Source of the DNA: Promethearchaeota archaeon | GTDB lineage: Archaea; Asgardarchaeota; Lokiarchaeia; Sigyniarchaeales; SOKP01 | Direction: 5' to 3' | Assembly (NCBI GenBank): GCA_011364925.1 | Contig: RDOA01000056.1 | Coordinates: forward strand, 1-22,122 | Length of the DNA: 22,122 bases | Part shown: positions 8,923 through 17,458 of the stretch, in pieces | Layout of the letters: each line of letters begins with the position of its first letter | Position numbering within the stretch: position 1 is the stretch's first letter | Position numbers and translations under genes: made by a program | The notes under the pieces: generated by a model | Told to the model about the DNA's origin: nothing | The model's database searches: none | The model's input: only the letters and a program-made list of their open reading frames with translations

Positions 8923-10452
8923 TTACTTAATTGGTTCAATTGGTAGTAATTGCTTAGATTCAAAAGGAGGTTTCTTAAGATTTTTCGCTAAAGCAAAAAG
9001 CCCGACTACAAAACCAACTAAGAGAACCCATATCCCCACAAAAGTAATGTCTAGAAATATGAAACCATATTCCCATGCTAACGGTCGAACCATATATATC
9101 ATAGCGAAAGGGAACGTGAGATTGACTCCTATAAAAAATGTCCAACCAAGAAACACTTTTAATTTCCCTTCAACTTTGAAATAATCAATAGCGTGTAGCA
9201 TTAATATTACCGCAATCGATACTGCCAATTGATGCCAATGCCCTACGTTAAATCCATATTCAAGCTCTACATACGAATGTAATCTGTATACACTATCAGT
9301 TGTGAGCCCAGCATAAATTTGAGGAAAAACTATAAATTGTGCCACTAAAAATAAATAATAATAGGATAACTTTACAGGTTCCTTAAAAAGATTTTTAAGT
9401 TTTGCGCTACGGGATGCTGAATTATAGCTTTCTTTCATGCGCGTTTTAATAGTATTTTTCAGACCGATTATAGCCATAGTTAAAGTACCGAGAATTAATA
9501 TACCAGCTCCGACCCAAATAACGTAATGGTTCAGAACCCATGCCCCATAAGATAAGGTTATAATCCCAATTGGAGTCATGAGGAGCACAAATTTATAGAG
9601 GTTACCGCTCATTTTACTTGTACGAAAGCCGACTAACATCACCATTGCTGCTGACTGAGCAAGTTGGATGTGTAAGTGTCCTATTATCATGTTTTCGACA
9701 ATGTCATGTTCTGTTCCAAATGTGATACCGTGTCTAACAATGGCTTCGGCAAGGAATGCGACAGGGTCTCGATTGAGTCCCCAAATAGTACTTGTAAAGT
9801 TCTCTATTGCTGCCAAAGCGCCATAAATTGTCGAAACAAGAATACATATTGCCAAGACAACAAGATTAAAATACTCTAAATTTAATCCACGGAAGGTTGA
9901 TCCATCGGGATTGGATTTTGGAAATCTCCCTTTCACTGGCCAAGCTGATATTACAAATATTACTCCCCCAATAAAACAAAGAAATAATCCAAAAATGAAA
10001 AGCTCATGAAATAACCGAATTCGAGTATAAGCAAAAATCATACCATTAATTCCTACAAGAAAAGCACTAGGCACTAAAAGGACTTTTAGAGTTGGTAGCC
10101 ATTTTTTGCGAATTGGATAATGTTCTAAAATCCAAAATGTGTTTGCTACTAAAAATGGTATAGCTAAAGAATGATATATCATAACTAGGCGAGCTGTCCT
10201 TGAGATAACATCGTCACTAAGGACAAAAGGAAAGATAGGTTGACCCCCAATCAACTCTGTTAATGGTTCTGAAAAGGTAAAATACCAAAGTACTTGAAGA
10301 AAAACGAAGACAAACATCATATAATGAATTTTTTTAAAACTCGGCTTTGGTTCAACTCTCGTCGTTTGAGTTTCCATTGTGGTACTAAGTTTAGTTTGGA
10401 TTGGAACTGTTTCTATTTCTATTTTTAACACCTTTTCTTTTCTATTGATCAA
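8923..10452 (-). CDS. 12-TM His-rich membrane protein, divergent heme-copper-oxidase subunit I-like fold
   Basis: Twelve hydrophobic segments; His in helix II (YH94S), helix VI (GH259LH261) and helix X (GH405WH407), plus H149 and H309; adjacent to cyoE. True start may be a downstream Met. Confidence 0.55.
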   Translation of the reverse strand: MINRKEKVLKIEIETVPIQTKLSTTMETQTTRVEPKPSFKKIHYMMFVFVFLQVLWYFTFSEPLTELIGGQPIFPFVLSDDVISRTARLVMIYHSLAIPFLVANTFWILEHYPIRKKWLPTLKVLLVPSAFLVGINGMIFAYTRIRLFHELFIFGLFLCFIGGVIFVISAWPVKGRFPKSNPDGSTFRGLNLEYFNLVVLAICILVSTIYGALAAIENFTSTIWGLNRDPVAFLAEAIVRHGITFGTEHDIVENMIIGHLHIQLAQSAAMVMLVGFRTSKMSGNLYKFVLLMTPIGIITLSYGAWVLNHYVIWVGAGILILGTLTMAIIGLKNTIKTRMKESYNSASRSAKLKNLFKEPVKLSYYYLFLVAQFIVFPQIYAGLTTDSVYRLHSYVELEYGFNVGHWHQLAVSIAVILMLHAIDYFKVEGKLKVFLGWTFFIGVNLTFPFAMIYMVRPLAWEYGFIFLDITFVGIWVLLVGFVVGLFALAKNLKKPPFESKQLLPIEPIK

Positions 10453-10457
10453 AAATA

Positions 10458-10988
10458 TTATTTATTTTTTCCAATTTCAGTATTATTTTTGCGCTTTTTC
10501 TGTCCAAACAATGGTAGAATGAAAAGCAATCCGAAAACAATAATCGTCGAGACAATTGTAGGAATGATTGCTTGCGAAAATGTTCCATGGGGGTTGTAAT
10601 AAGGTTGTCCTACGTAAAAATGCTCAGTTAAGCTTCCTCCAAGGGAACAATAAGCTGTTACAGTAATGTTTGCTTTATTTCCCGCAGGGAAGTTAAAAAT
10701 GTAATGGTTTATATTATGAGTAGGTTGTTCAGTTTTAGGGTATGAATAATTAGGAGCTTCAGGAGGATCGGATGGATTGCTACTATTAACCCAGATTTCA
10801 ATTAAATTTATATAATGATAACTAGGATCGGTTACTCCATGAGTTATCTTCACACTGAGACTTTGGGTGTCAAGATTATACTCCATATCCATCGTAATTG
10901 GACTGTGTGCTCTAACTTGAAGGTTGTTTGAATTTATAACGAAAATCATTAAGATCAACAAAATATAAAAAATGTTTTTTTTAGCCAT
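10458..10988 (-). CDS. Exported, C-terminally anchored superoxide-reductase-like (Ig-fold) metal-binding protein
   Basis: Signal peptide ending VRA|HSP; H28, H50, H58 (HYINLIEI) and C114 (AYCSLGG) mirror the SOR H..H..H..C ligands; C-terminal TM helix followed by a KKRK tail. Confidence 0.5.
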   Translation of the reverse strand: MAKKNIFYILLILMIFVINSNNLQVRAHSPITMDMEYNLDTQSLSVKITHGVTDPSYHYINLIEIWVNSSNPSDPPEAPNYSYPKTEQPTHNINHYIFNFPAGNKANITVTAYCSLGGSLTEHFYVGQPYYNPHGTFSQAIIPTIVSTIIVFGLLFILPLFGQKKRKNNTEIGKNK

Positions 10989-11053
10989 GATTATTTTGTT
11001 GTTTCTTAAAATGTTAACTTATGAATTTTAATTAAATTAATTATAAATCAAGC

Positions 11054-11069
11054 TATATATAAAAGTTTT
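11054..11069 (-). promoter_or_regulatory. Putative BRE-TATA promoter of the 10988->4506 operon
   Basis: AAAACTTTTATATATA on the minus strand about 65 nt upstream of the ATG; an identical 16-mer lies at 14668-14683. Confidence 0.55.
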
Positions 11070-11259
11070 GAATTCTGGAAATATGAATTTTCAGATTTAG
11101 AAACAGCAAAACGAATTAAAGCAAATTAAAATGCAATAAAATTTAAGTTCAAGATGCTAAATATGTTTTTAAAATCGAATTTTTATTTGAATGCGCTAAG
11201 AATGTCAATTTACAACTCTATTAACTCTAAATATTTGAAAATAAAAATCTAATTATCAT

Positions 11260-12489
11260 TTACTTTCCATTCCTATAGAATGAGAGCATGATTAAAAGGA
11301 TTAAAGCTACTATTAGTGGTGTTAAAATCCCAAATAATAGAGTTATTTGTTCAGTACTATTGCTATAAATTTGCCCAGAAATTGGTGCTCCAATAGCCAC
11401 TCCCGCTACTAATAAGGCATAAAATGTCCCTGTTGCAATTCCACTCTCAGAACTTTTCGTTTTCGTTTTAACAAAACCAGCAGAAGAAGGGAAAATTAAT
11501 CCGTGACCTAACCCAAGTAAAATCATGCCAATCATAGGTATAGGGACATCGAACGAGATCATAAATACACCAAACGCTGCTGCAACAATTATCAATCCGA
11601 TTAGCATAACCTTCACATGACCTAGTTTATCGCTCAAAATACCTGCTGGATAATGTATAATTATAGAAAATATAACCATTATGCTTAAGATCATTCCAAT
11701 TTGTCCTATTGTATAAGTTGCGTGCTCTAACATCAGTGTATATACTGTAGTCACGATTCCCATGTTAAACATCATTGCAAATATTGAAAAATATGGACCT
11801 ATCATGGATTTACGCAAGACAGTTTTCCGAAATATTTTAAGCTCTTCCATAAAATTTAACTTATTTTTCGAATGTTGATAAACTTTTGGAAGAAAGAATG
11901 TTGAAAATGTCATTATAAATAGTATAATAGCTAAAGTAAAAAACATGATATTCACTCCAATGATCTGGGACACCAATCCCCCCAGCAAGAATCCAATTAA
12001 ATTTGAAAACCCAATGGATATCCCATATAAAGCCATCCCTCTCCCACTTCGTCTTTGGGAAGTTGCATCGGAAATATAAGCCATAGTAGCTGGACCTCCA
12101 AATCCACCCCCTATTCCATGAACAATTCTCCCAAATAAAAGGAATACTGGATCTAGAGCTATCGAATATAAAAGCAATGATAATCCATCTAACATTACAC
12201 CAACGCTAATTAAAGTTTTTCGACCTATTTTATCAACTAATCTTCCAAAAACAATATTTGAGGGAATATGAACCATGGAATAAACTCCAACTATAAAGCC
12301 AATCATTACAATCGAAGCACCTAGATTTTCAGCGTAAGTTGCAATTACAGGTATAGCTGCGTTACTATCGAAATTTACTATAAAAGATAGAGAAAGCGCT
12401 AAAAACAAGTATTTTCTTTTTATTATTCGTGACTTCTGAATTCCTATTTTCTGTTTGTTAACAGTATCTTGAGTTTCGATTTCTCTCAC
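11260..12489 (-). CDS. MFS transporter
   Basis: 12 TM helices; motif A GRLVDKIGRK and its repeat GILSDKLG; GRIVHGIGGG. Confidence 0.92.
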   Translation of the reverse strand: MREIETQDTVNKQKIGIQKSRIIKRKYLFLALSLSFIVNFDSNAAIPVIATYAENLGASIVMIGFIVGVYSMVHIPSNIVFGRLVDKIGRKTLISVGVMLDGLSLLLYSIALDPVFLLFGRIVHGIGGGFGGPATMAYISDATSQRRSGRGMALYGISIGFSNLIGFLLGGLVSQIIGVNIMFFTLAIILFIMTFSTFFLPKVYQHSKNKLNFMEELKIFRKTVLRKSMIGPYFSIFAMMFNMGIVTTVYTLMLEHATYTIGQIGMILSIMVIFSIIIHYPAGILSDKLGHVKVMLIGLIIVAAAFGVFMISFDVPIPMIGMILLGLGHGLIFPSSAGFVKTKTKSSESGIATGTFYALLVAGVAIGAPISGQIYSNSTEQITLLFGILTPLIVALILLIMLSFYRNGK

Positions 12490-12605
12490 CTAAGATTCCT
12501 CGATTAATTCAAATTTTAATGAAAAAGTAAACAATCAAAAATATAATTTTTTATTATCGAATATTATTTAATACATCAGTTTTAATTATCCTATGTGATC
12601 TTTAG

Positions 12606-12932
12606 ATGAGTCTTAAAAGTCAATTAGAAAAAGAACATAAAACAGTTAAAACAATGATTCAAATGTATTGTAAGAGGTGTCATAACACCGATTCTGTTTT
12701 GTGCCAAGATTGCTCTGATCTCTTTGAATACGCTGAAGAACGCCTAAAAAGCTGTCGTTTCGGTGAAAGTAAACCCACATGTGATACTTGCATAATTCAT
12801 TGTTATAAACCAGAAATGAGGGAAAAAATTAAAATAGTTATGCGGTACGCTGGACCTAGGATGATATACACCCATCCTATTATGGGTATACAACACTTAT
12901 TAAAAAAATTGAAAAAAAAGAGAGAATATTGA
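12606..12932 (+). CDS. YgbA / nitrous-oxide-stimulated promoter family Cys-rich protein
   Basis: EHKTVKTMIQMYC..H..LCQDC..YAEERL..C.FGESKPTCDTC.IHCYKPEMRE..MRYAGPRMIYTHP matches the family pattern. Confidence 0.85.
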   Translation: MSLKSQLEKEHKTVKTMIQMYCKRCHNTDSVLCQDCSDLFEYAEERLKSCRFGESKPTCDTCIIHCYKPEMREKIKIVMRYAGPRMIYTHPIMGIQHLLKKLKKKREY

Positions 12933-12973
12933 AAGATACGATGGCTTTGAATCTTTTTTGATCTTTTTATATT

Positions 12974-13795
12974 TTAATTAAAAAATACCCTTGTCAGCTC
13001 GGTTTTCTCTCCATTTAGATAACTCTTGAGAACATCTTTTTTGTTCATTGAGAGAATAGCTACTTCAAGACCTTTTTTTATTAAATCCTCAATAGAAATT
13101 AAAACAGATAATTTTCCCTTCATTTTACCAGTAGCATCTTTTGTCATTGACATGTTCATTTTAGTTAATAATTCTCCAAGTTCGTTGATGTTTATTTCGC
13201 GGAGTAAATGTACTTTTTCTCCCGAGTTTGGATCTTTGTCGAACACTCCAGGCACATCTGTAATAAACAAAAGCTTTTTTGCTTGTAATACGCGTGAGAG
13301 AATTACTGCTAATTGGTCTCCACCACAAACGCTAAATCCCATGACTTTATCATACATCATATCTCCTCCGATCAACGGAACCATACCCAGAGATAGATAA
13401 CCTACTAGAGAATTAAAGTAATCCTCAGTTATTCGCATCTTTTCTCCCACCACCATAGAAGAAGCGTGCATCAAGTTAATGGGAATTCCTTCTTCTAAAA
13501 AGGTAGTAGCAATCTTTTTACGAAATTCATTTACGATTTGTTGCGTTTTTGACAGCGATATTAACTGATCTTTATTTTTAAAACCTTTATGCAGATTATA
13601 TTTTAAAACCGGAGGATGTCCGAACGAGCCTACTCCATGAATTAGTACTAGTTTTTTGATTAAATCTAAATCAAAACATTCTTTTATTTCTGCGGCAACC
13701 GCTTTTAGAATATCCTCTTTAAGTTTGTACGGAGTTGACTTATCCGTTAGCAATGAGCCACCGAGTTTTATTATGATAGTTTCATCTACAGTCAT
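12974..13795 (-). CDS. ipk: Isopentenyl phosphate kinase (amino-acid kinase family)
   Basis: IKLGGSLLTDK, HGVGSFGH (IPK signature His), GDQL, TDVPGV, DATGKMKGK. Confidence 0.85.
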   Translation of the reverse strand: MTVDETIIIKLGGSLLTDKSTPYKLKEDILKAVAAEIKECFDLDLIKKLVLIHGVGSFGHPPVLKYNLHKGFKNKDQLISLSKTQQIVNEFRKKIATTFLEEGIPINLMHASSMVVGEKMRITEDYFNSLVGYLSLGMVPLIGGDMMYDKVMGFSVCGGDQLAVILSRVLQAKKLLFITDVPGVFDKDPNSGEKVHLLREININELGELLTKMNMSMTKDATGKMKGKLSVLISIEDLIKKGLEVAILSMNKKDVLKSYLNGEKTELTRVFFN

Positions 13796-13818
13796 ATTTA
13801 CTCATTTTGACAATCGTA

Positions 13819-14622
13819 TTAAAAGCTATAAGAGAACGGCCAAAAGTCTGGAAATCCTAACTCAAGTATTAGAATAGTAATTATAACTGCTATAAATATT
13901 AGGAAATTATCGGTACCCTTAGGTGATAACGCTTCTACAACGGTAGCGACCACACTAACAACGATTATTGGTAAAATTAGAACAACAATGTTAAAACTCG
14001 GGATCTCTAATGAGAAGATCATGACAAGAATACTGCTAACTAATATTGATCCAACTAACATACCAATACTGCCTATAATTGTTTTTTCGCTACCTTTTAT
14101 TCCAAATTTTTTTTCGCCGCCAAATTTACGACCGATAATATCTGCCAATCCATCTCCTCCCGAAACACAACCAATAATTAGTAGTGCCGTAGGATTCGCA
14201 TTACCGATACCTGTGGATGGTACGTAAAACCAGAAAAATGTCATGAGTAGCATCACGATTGCATAATATAGAGTTCCCCCTAAAAGCTCTCTTGGGTTTC
14301 CCGATCTCGACATAGAATTAACAAAACTTTCGTTTTTCATAAATCCAGTACCAATCGCTACAAATTGTAGAATAAACAATAGAGGAACTATTGAGGCTAT
14401 ATAGTGACTGACAATCTCCCCTGAAAACAACATCCAAGTCAAAACAAATATCGGACCAGCAAATATGTGAACAAACTTTCTTGTAATGATTTGAGATAAA
14501 ACACCCTTTTTTTGCATGATACCGTTAATTTGTACCAAAGCTAACAGAATAACTATTGATATAACAGCTGCAATTAAATCCCAAACAAACGCTAAACTAC
14601 TATCAAACGGATTAAATACCAT
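13819..14622 (-). CDS. CTP-dependent polyprenol kinase (phytol/farnesol kinase VTE5/FOLK-like)
   Basis: TRKFVHI, SMSRSG.PRELLGGTLYY, GDGLADIIGRKFG, KTIIGS and DNF motifs; multi-TM. Confidence 0.8.
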   Translation of the reverse strand: MVFNPFDSSLAFVWDLIAAVISIVILLALVQINGIMQKKGVLSQIITRKFVHIFAGPIFVLTWMLFSGEIVSHYIASIVPLLFILQFVAIGTGFMKNESFVNSMSRSGNPRELLGGTLYYAIVMLLMTFFWFYVPSTGIGNANPTALLIIGCVSGGDGLADIIGRKFGGEKKFGIKGSEKTIIGSIGMLVGSILVSSILVMIFSLEIPSFNIVVLILPIIVVSVVATVVEALSPKGTDNFLIFIAVIITILILELGFPDFWPFSYSF

Positions 14623-14667
14623 AGTACTATATACCTAATATAAAGTACTTATAGTTAGTGTTATGAA

Positions 14668-14683
14668 TATATATAAAAGTTTT
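14668..14683 (-). promoter_or_regulatory. Putative BRE-TATA promoter of the prenol kinase-ipk operon
   Basis: AAAACTTTTATATATA on the minus strand about 45 nt upstream of ATG 14622. Confidence 0.55.
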
Positions 14684-14791
14684 CGATCAGTAGGAGAATA
14701 TCTCGTCTTATTAATTAATCTACAACAAAATGAATCAAATTATAGATTCAAGGTTATTCATCGCAAATTTTAAATTAATAAGTTAATAATC

Positions 14792-16834
14792 TCAAATCTG
14801 ATTACCACTTACACTTAACTTCTTAAGAGATTTTAATTCGTTTAGTGAAGTGGGTAGAGCTTTTAGACAATTTCCATTTAAATTTAGTTCTTTTAAGGAT
14901 GTTAAACTACTAATTTCTTCAGGAATGCGTTCAATCTCGTTCTCACATAAATCTAAGGTTACCAGCGATCGGAGAGATCCTATCGATTTTGGTACGTATG
15001 CAATTAAATTATCGTTAACCTTCAAAATTTTAAGCGAATTTAGATTTCTAATAAAGTTAGGGAACTTACTTATTTCATTTTGAGATAAAATTAAGTGCTC
15101 AAGAGAAGGTAAACAAAAAGTTGAATTAGGAATATTCTTTAATTTATTATGAGAAAAATCGAGAGTTTTTAACGTTTGTATAGAAGTAATACATAATGGG
15201 AAGCATTTAAATCTGTTCCAACTAATATTAAGGCACTCAAGCGATTTAAGAAGTCTAATCGAATGTGGGAGCGATGCTAACGCATTTTCCTCTAACTGTA
15301 AAACTTTAAGAGAAAAAAGAGACCCTATACCATCTGGAATTTCTCTTAGCAAATTTTTGTTCAGGTTAAGTGTTTTAAGTGAATGAAGCAAACTGATTGA
15401 TTCTGGCAGCTTTTCTAGCTTATTAGAATTTATTGTGAGTAACTGTAGTAGTTTTAGCTGTCCTATAGAATGTGGAATGTATTTTAATTGGTTTTTGCTT
15501 ATATTCAAAGTTTTTAATAAGATCAACCGTCCGATAGATTTTGGGAGCGACACTAGATTATTACTCTCCAAGTTTAAAGTTCTCAGAGAGGTAAGTCTTC
15601 CTATATAAGTTGGGAGCTCAGCAAATTTATTATTTGATAAATCTAATTTTCTCAACGATCGAAGGCGCTTAATTGAGTTTGGCAAATTTGTAAGATTGTT
15701 TCCTTTAATGTTTAAAACTTTTAACTCTTTAAAAGTGCCAATTGATTCAGGAAGCGAATAAAGATTGCAATTCGTTAGCTCTAAAGAACGAAGTGATCTA
15801 AAATAGCATACGAATTCTGGAAGAGTTATTAATGGTTTACCCTCTATTTGTAATTCAATAACTTCCCCCTCACTCAATTTATAATCTATTTCTTTATACT
15901 TCCTTTTTAAAAAGGTGATTAGGATGAAGTTTCTATAAATATTTGATAATTTTAAAATTGAAAAATTTTCTAACGAGTCTTTTTTCGTGATAAGATTTCT
16001 AACTGATCTTACGAATTTTAACTCATCAATTTTTTCGATTTCGGATATTATAGCTTTTTTTGCAGCCGTATTGTTTAAACTCTCTAACGCTTTTAATAAT
16101 ACCAATGAGTTGGTAAAGGTTCTATCGTCATTAACCGTCCAATTCAATGGAAAAAACTTAAGATCGTTCAATTCTTTTAAGTGTCTAATCCCTAGTAAAT
16201 CAGAAGTGTCTTCTAAATACTCTCGGTTATGCCAATCTATCCCCAATTCTTCTACATTTGATAAGTCTAAACCAACAACTGATCCCCTGTCAACTTCATA
16301 GTTAAGCTTTTTAAATTTCTTTTTCAATGAAAAAATAGTTATATGGTTAAGTAAAATATCTGCAAGATTTCTCTGTGAAAGAGATTCAATTTCACCATTA
16401 AGTATAAGAGGTGATAAATTTTCCTTAATTGGTTCAATCTGTATCTTTTTTATTTCATTTAACAATACTGCTTTTATTTTATCATCGTTAATTTCTTCTA
16501 AAGAATTAATTATGCATGCTAAGCAATTGTAAGACGATTCGAACTTAAGACCCCACAAAAAGGGAGATAAGGCTTTATCTAAAAATTTCTTTTTAATTAC
16601 TCTTGCTGCAGCATATCTCAGATCCTCATTTGGATCGGAGAGAAATATATTTTCTAAAAGTTTGAATATTTTATTATTGTGAATATCGATTTTATTTAAA
16701 ATATTAATAGACTTCTTTCGAATTTCATCGTTATCAATAATCTCTATTAATGTGATTAATGAATCTACCGCTTTTGATTCATCTATTGCTTCATTTCTAA
16801 ATCGTTCATAGATTTTACTGGGAGATAAAATCAT
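14792..16834 (-). CDS. HEAT-repeat + leucine-rich-repeat protein
   Basis: N-terminal HEAT-like LSDPNEDLRYAAARVI; 15 consecutive 23-aa LxxLxLxxNxLxxLPxxIxxL repeats. Confidence 0.92.
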   Translation of the reverse strand: MILSPSKIYERFRNEAIDESKAVDSLITLIEIIDNDEIRKKSINILNKIDIHNNKIFKLLENIFLSDPNEDLRYAAARVIKKKFLDKALSPFLWGLKFESSYNCLACIINSLEEINDDKIKAVLLNEIKKIQIEPIKENLSPLILNGEIESLSQRNLADILLNHITIFSLKKKFKKLNYEVDRGSVVGLDLSNVEELGIDWHNREYLEDTSDLLGIRHLKELNDLKFFPLNWTVNDDRTFTNSLVLLKALESLNNTAAKKAIISEIEKIDELKFVRSVRNLITKKDSLENFSILKLSNIYRNFILITFLKRKYKEIDYKLSEGEVIELQIEGKPLITLPEFVCYFRSLRSLELTNCNLYSLPESIGTFKELKVLNIKGNNLTNLPNSIKRLRSLRKLDLSNNKFAELPTYIGRLTSLRTLNLESNNLVSLPKSIGRLILLKTLNISKNQLKYIPHSIGQLKLLQLLTINSNKLEKLPESISLLHSLKTLNLNKNLLREIPDGIGSLFSLKVLQLEENALASLPHSIRLLKSLECLNISWNRFKCFPLCITSIQTLKTLDFSHNKLKNIPNSTFCLPSLEHLILSQNEISKFPNFIRNLNSLKILKVNDNLIAYVPKSIGSLRSLVTLDLCENEIERIPEEISSLTSLKELNLNGNCLKALPTSLNELKSLKKLSVSGNQI
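14795..15830 (-). repeat. Tandem 69-bp-period coding repeat (15 LRR units)
   Basis: Counted 15 LxxLxLxxN cores from LRSLELTNC to LKKLSVSGN; degenerate at DNA level. Confidence 0.85.
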
Positions 16835-16918
16835 CTTAATATTTATCCATTTAAAACTAATTAAATTTAAAGCTGAAATTTAGAGTTCTTACACCATTGA
16901 ATTGATATCGTAAGAATT

Positions 16919-17122
16919 TTAACGCATTTCTACATTTAGTAGATTAGAGTAAAGTTCTTTGCCTTTTTCATTCGTTATGGAAAATTTAAGCAGAGGATTT
17001 CCGGCTAACATTAATCTAAAATATTGAGGCAGATTTTCTTTGTATTCAATATCAATCTCAGGTAAAGCAATCATTTTTTCAACTTCAACATCTACTTTTT
17101 CAGGTTCTAATACTTGGACCAT
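16919..17122 (-). CDS. Small hypothetical protein (67 aa)
   Basis: Strong Shine-Dalgarno AGGAGGTT (17131-17138) upstream of the ATG. Confidence 0.7.
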   Translation of the reverse strand: MVQVLEPEKVDVEVEKMIALPEIDIEYKENLPQYFRLMLAGNPLLKFSITNEKGKELYSNLLNVEMR

Positions 17123-17434
17123 TTAATTATAACCTCCTATTCACAAAAATTTTTAATATTGTTGCTTATAGATAAATTACACTATGGAAATTTAAATATT
17201 TCGGTTATAGGCTAATTTAAACGATAGAATAGGCTTCAGTTTCAATTTAACACTAAATCGCGATCTTAAGTTTCAATTTGAAATAAAAAAATTGATGCAA
17301 CATTTTGCAAATCAATAAATTGATCCTAAATCTTGATCGATCTCAGAAAATAATCAGAAAAGTCTGATCAATATTTGACATTTCCTAAAATATTTTTGGT
17401 GTGTATCCACAAGGAAAATTCGTGTTTTTAGAAT

Positions 17435-17458
17435 AATTCTGAATAATAATTCAGAATT
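17435..17458. promoter_or_regulatory. Perfect 10-bp inverted repeat, candidate operator upstream of the vhu-hdr operon
   Basis: AATTCTGAAT-aata-ATTCAGAATT in the divergent intergenic region, about 40 nt upstream of a TTTAAATA box near 17496. Confidence 0.4.

Noticed and set aside
14795-15830. Periodic sequence as a possible CRISPR array or DGR-type repeat
   Set aside because: Periodicity is at protein level (LRR), with no identical DNA repeats, spacers or reverse transcriptase nearby
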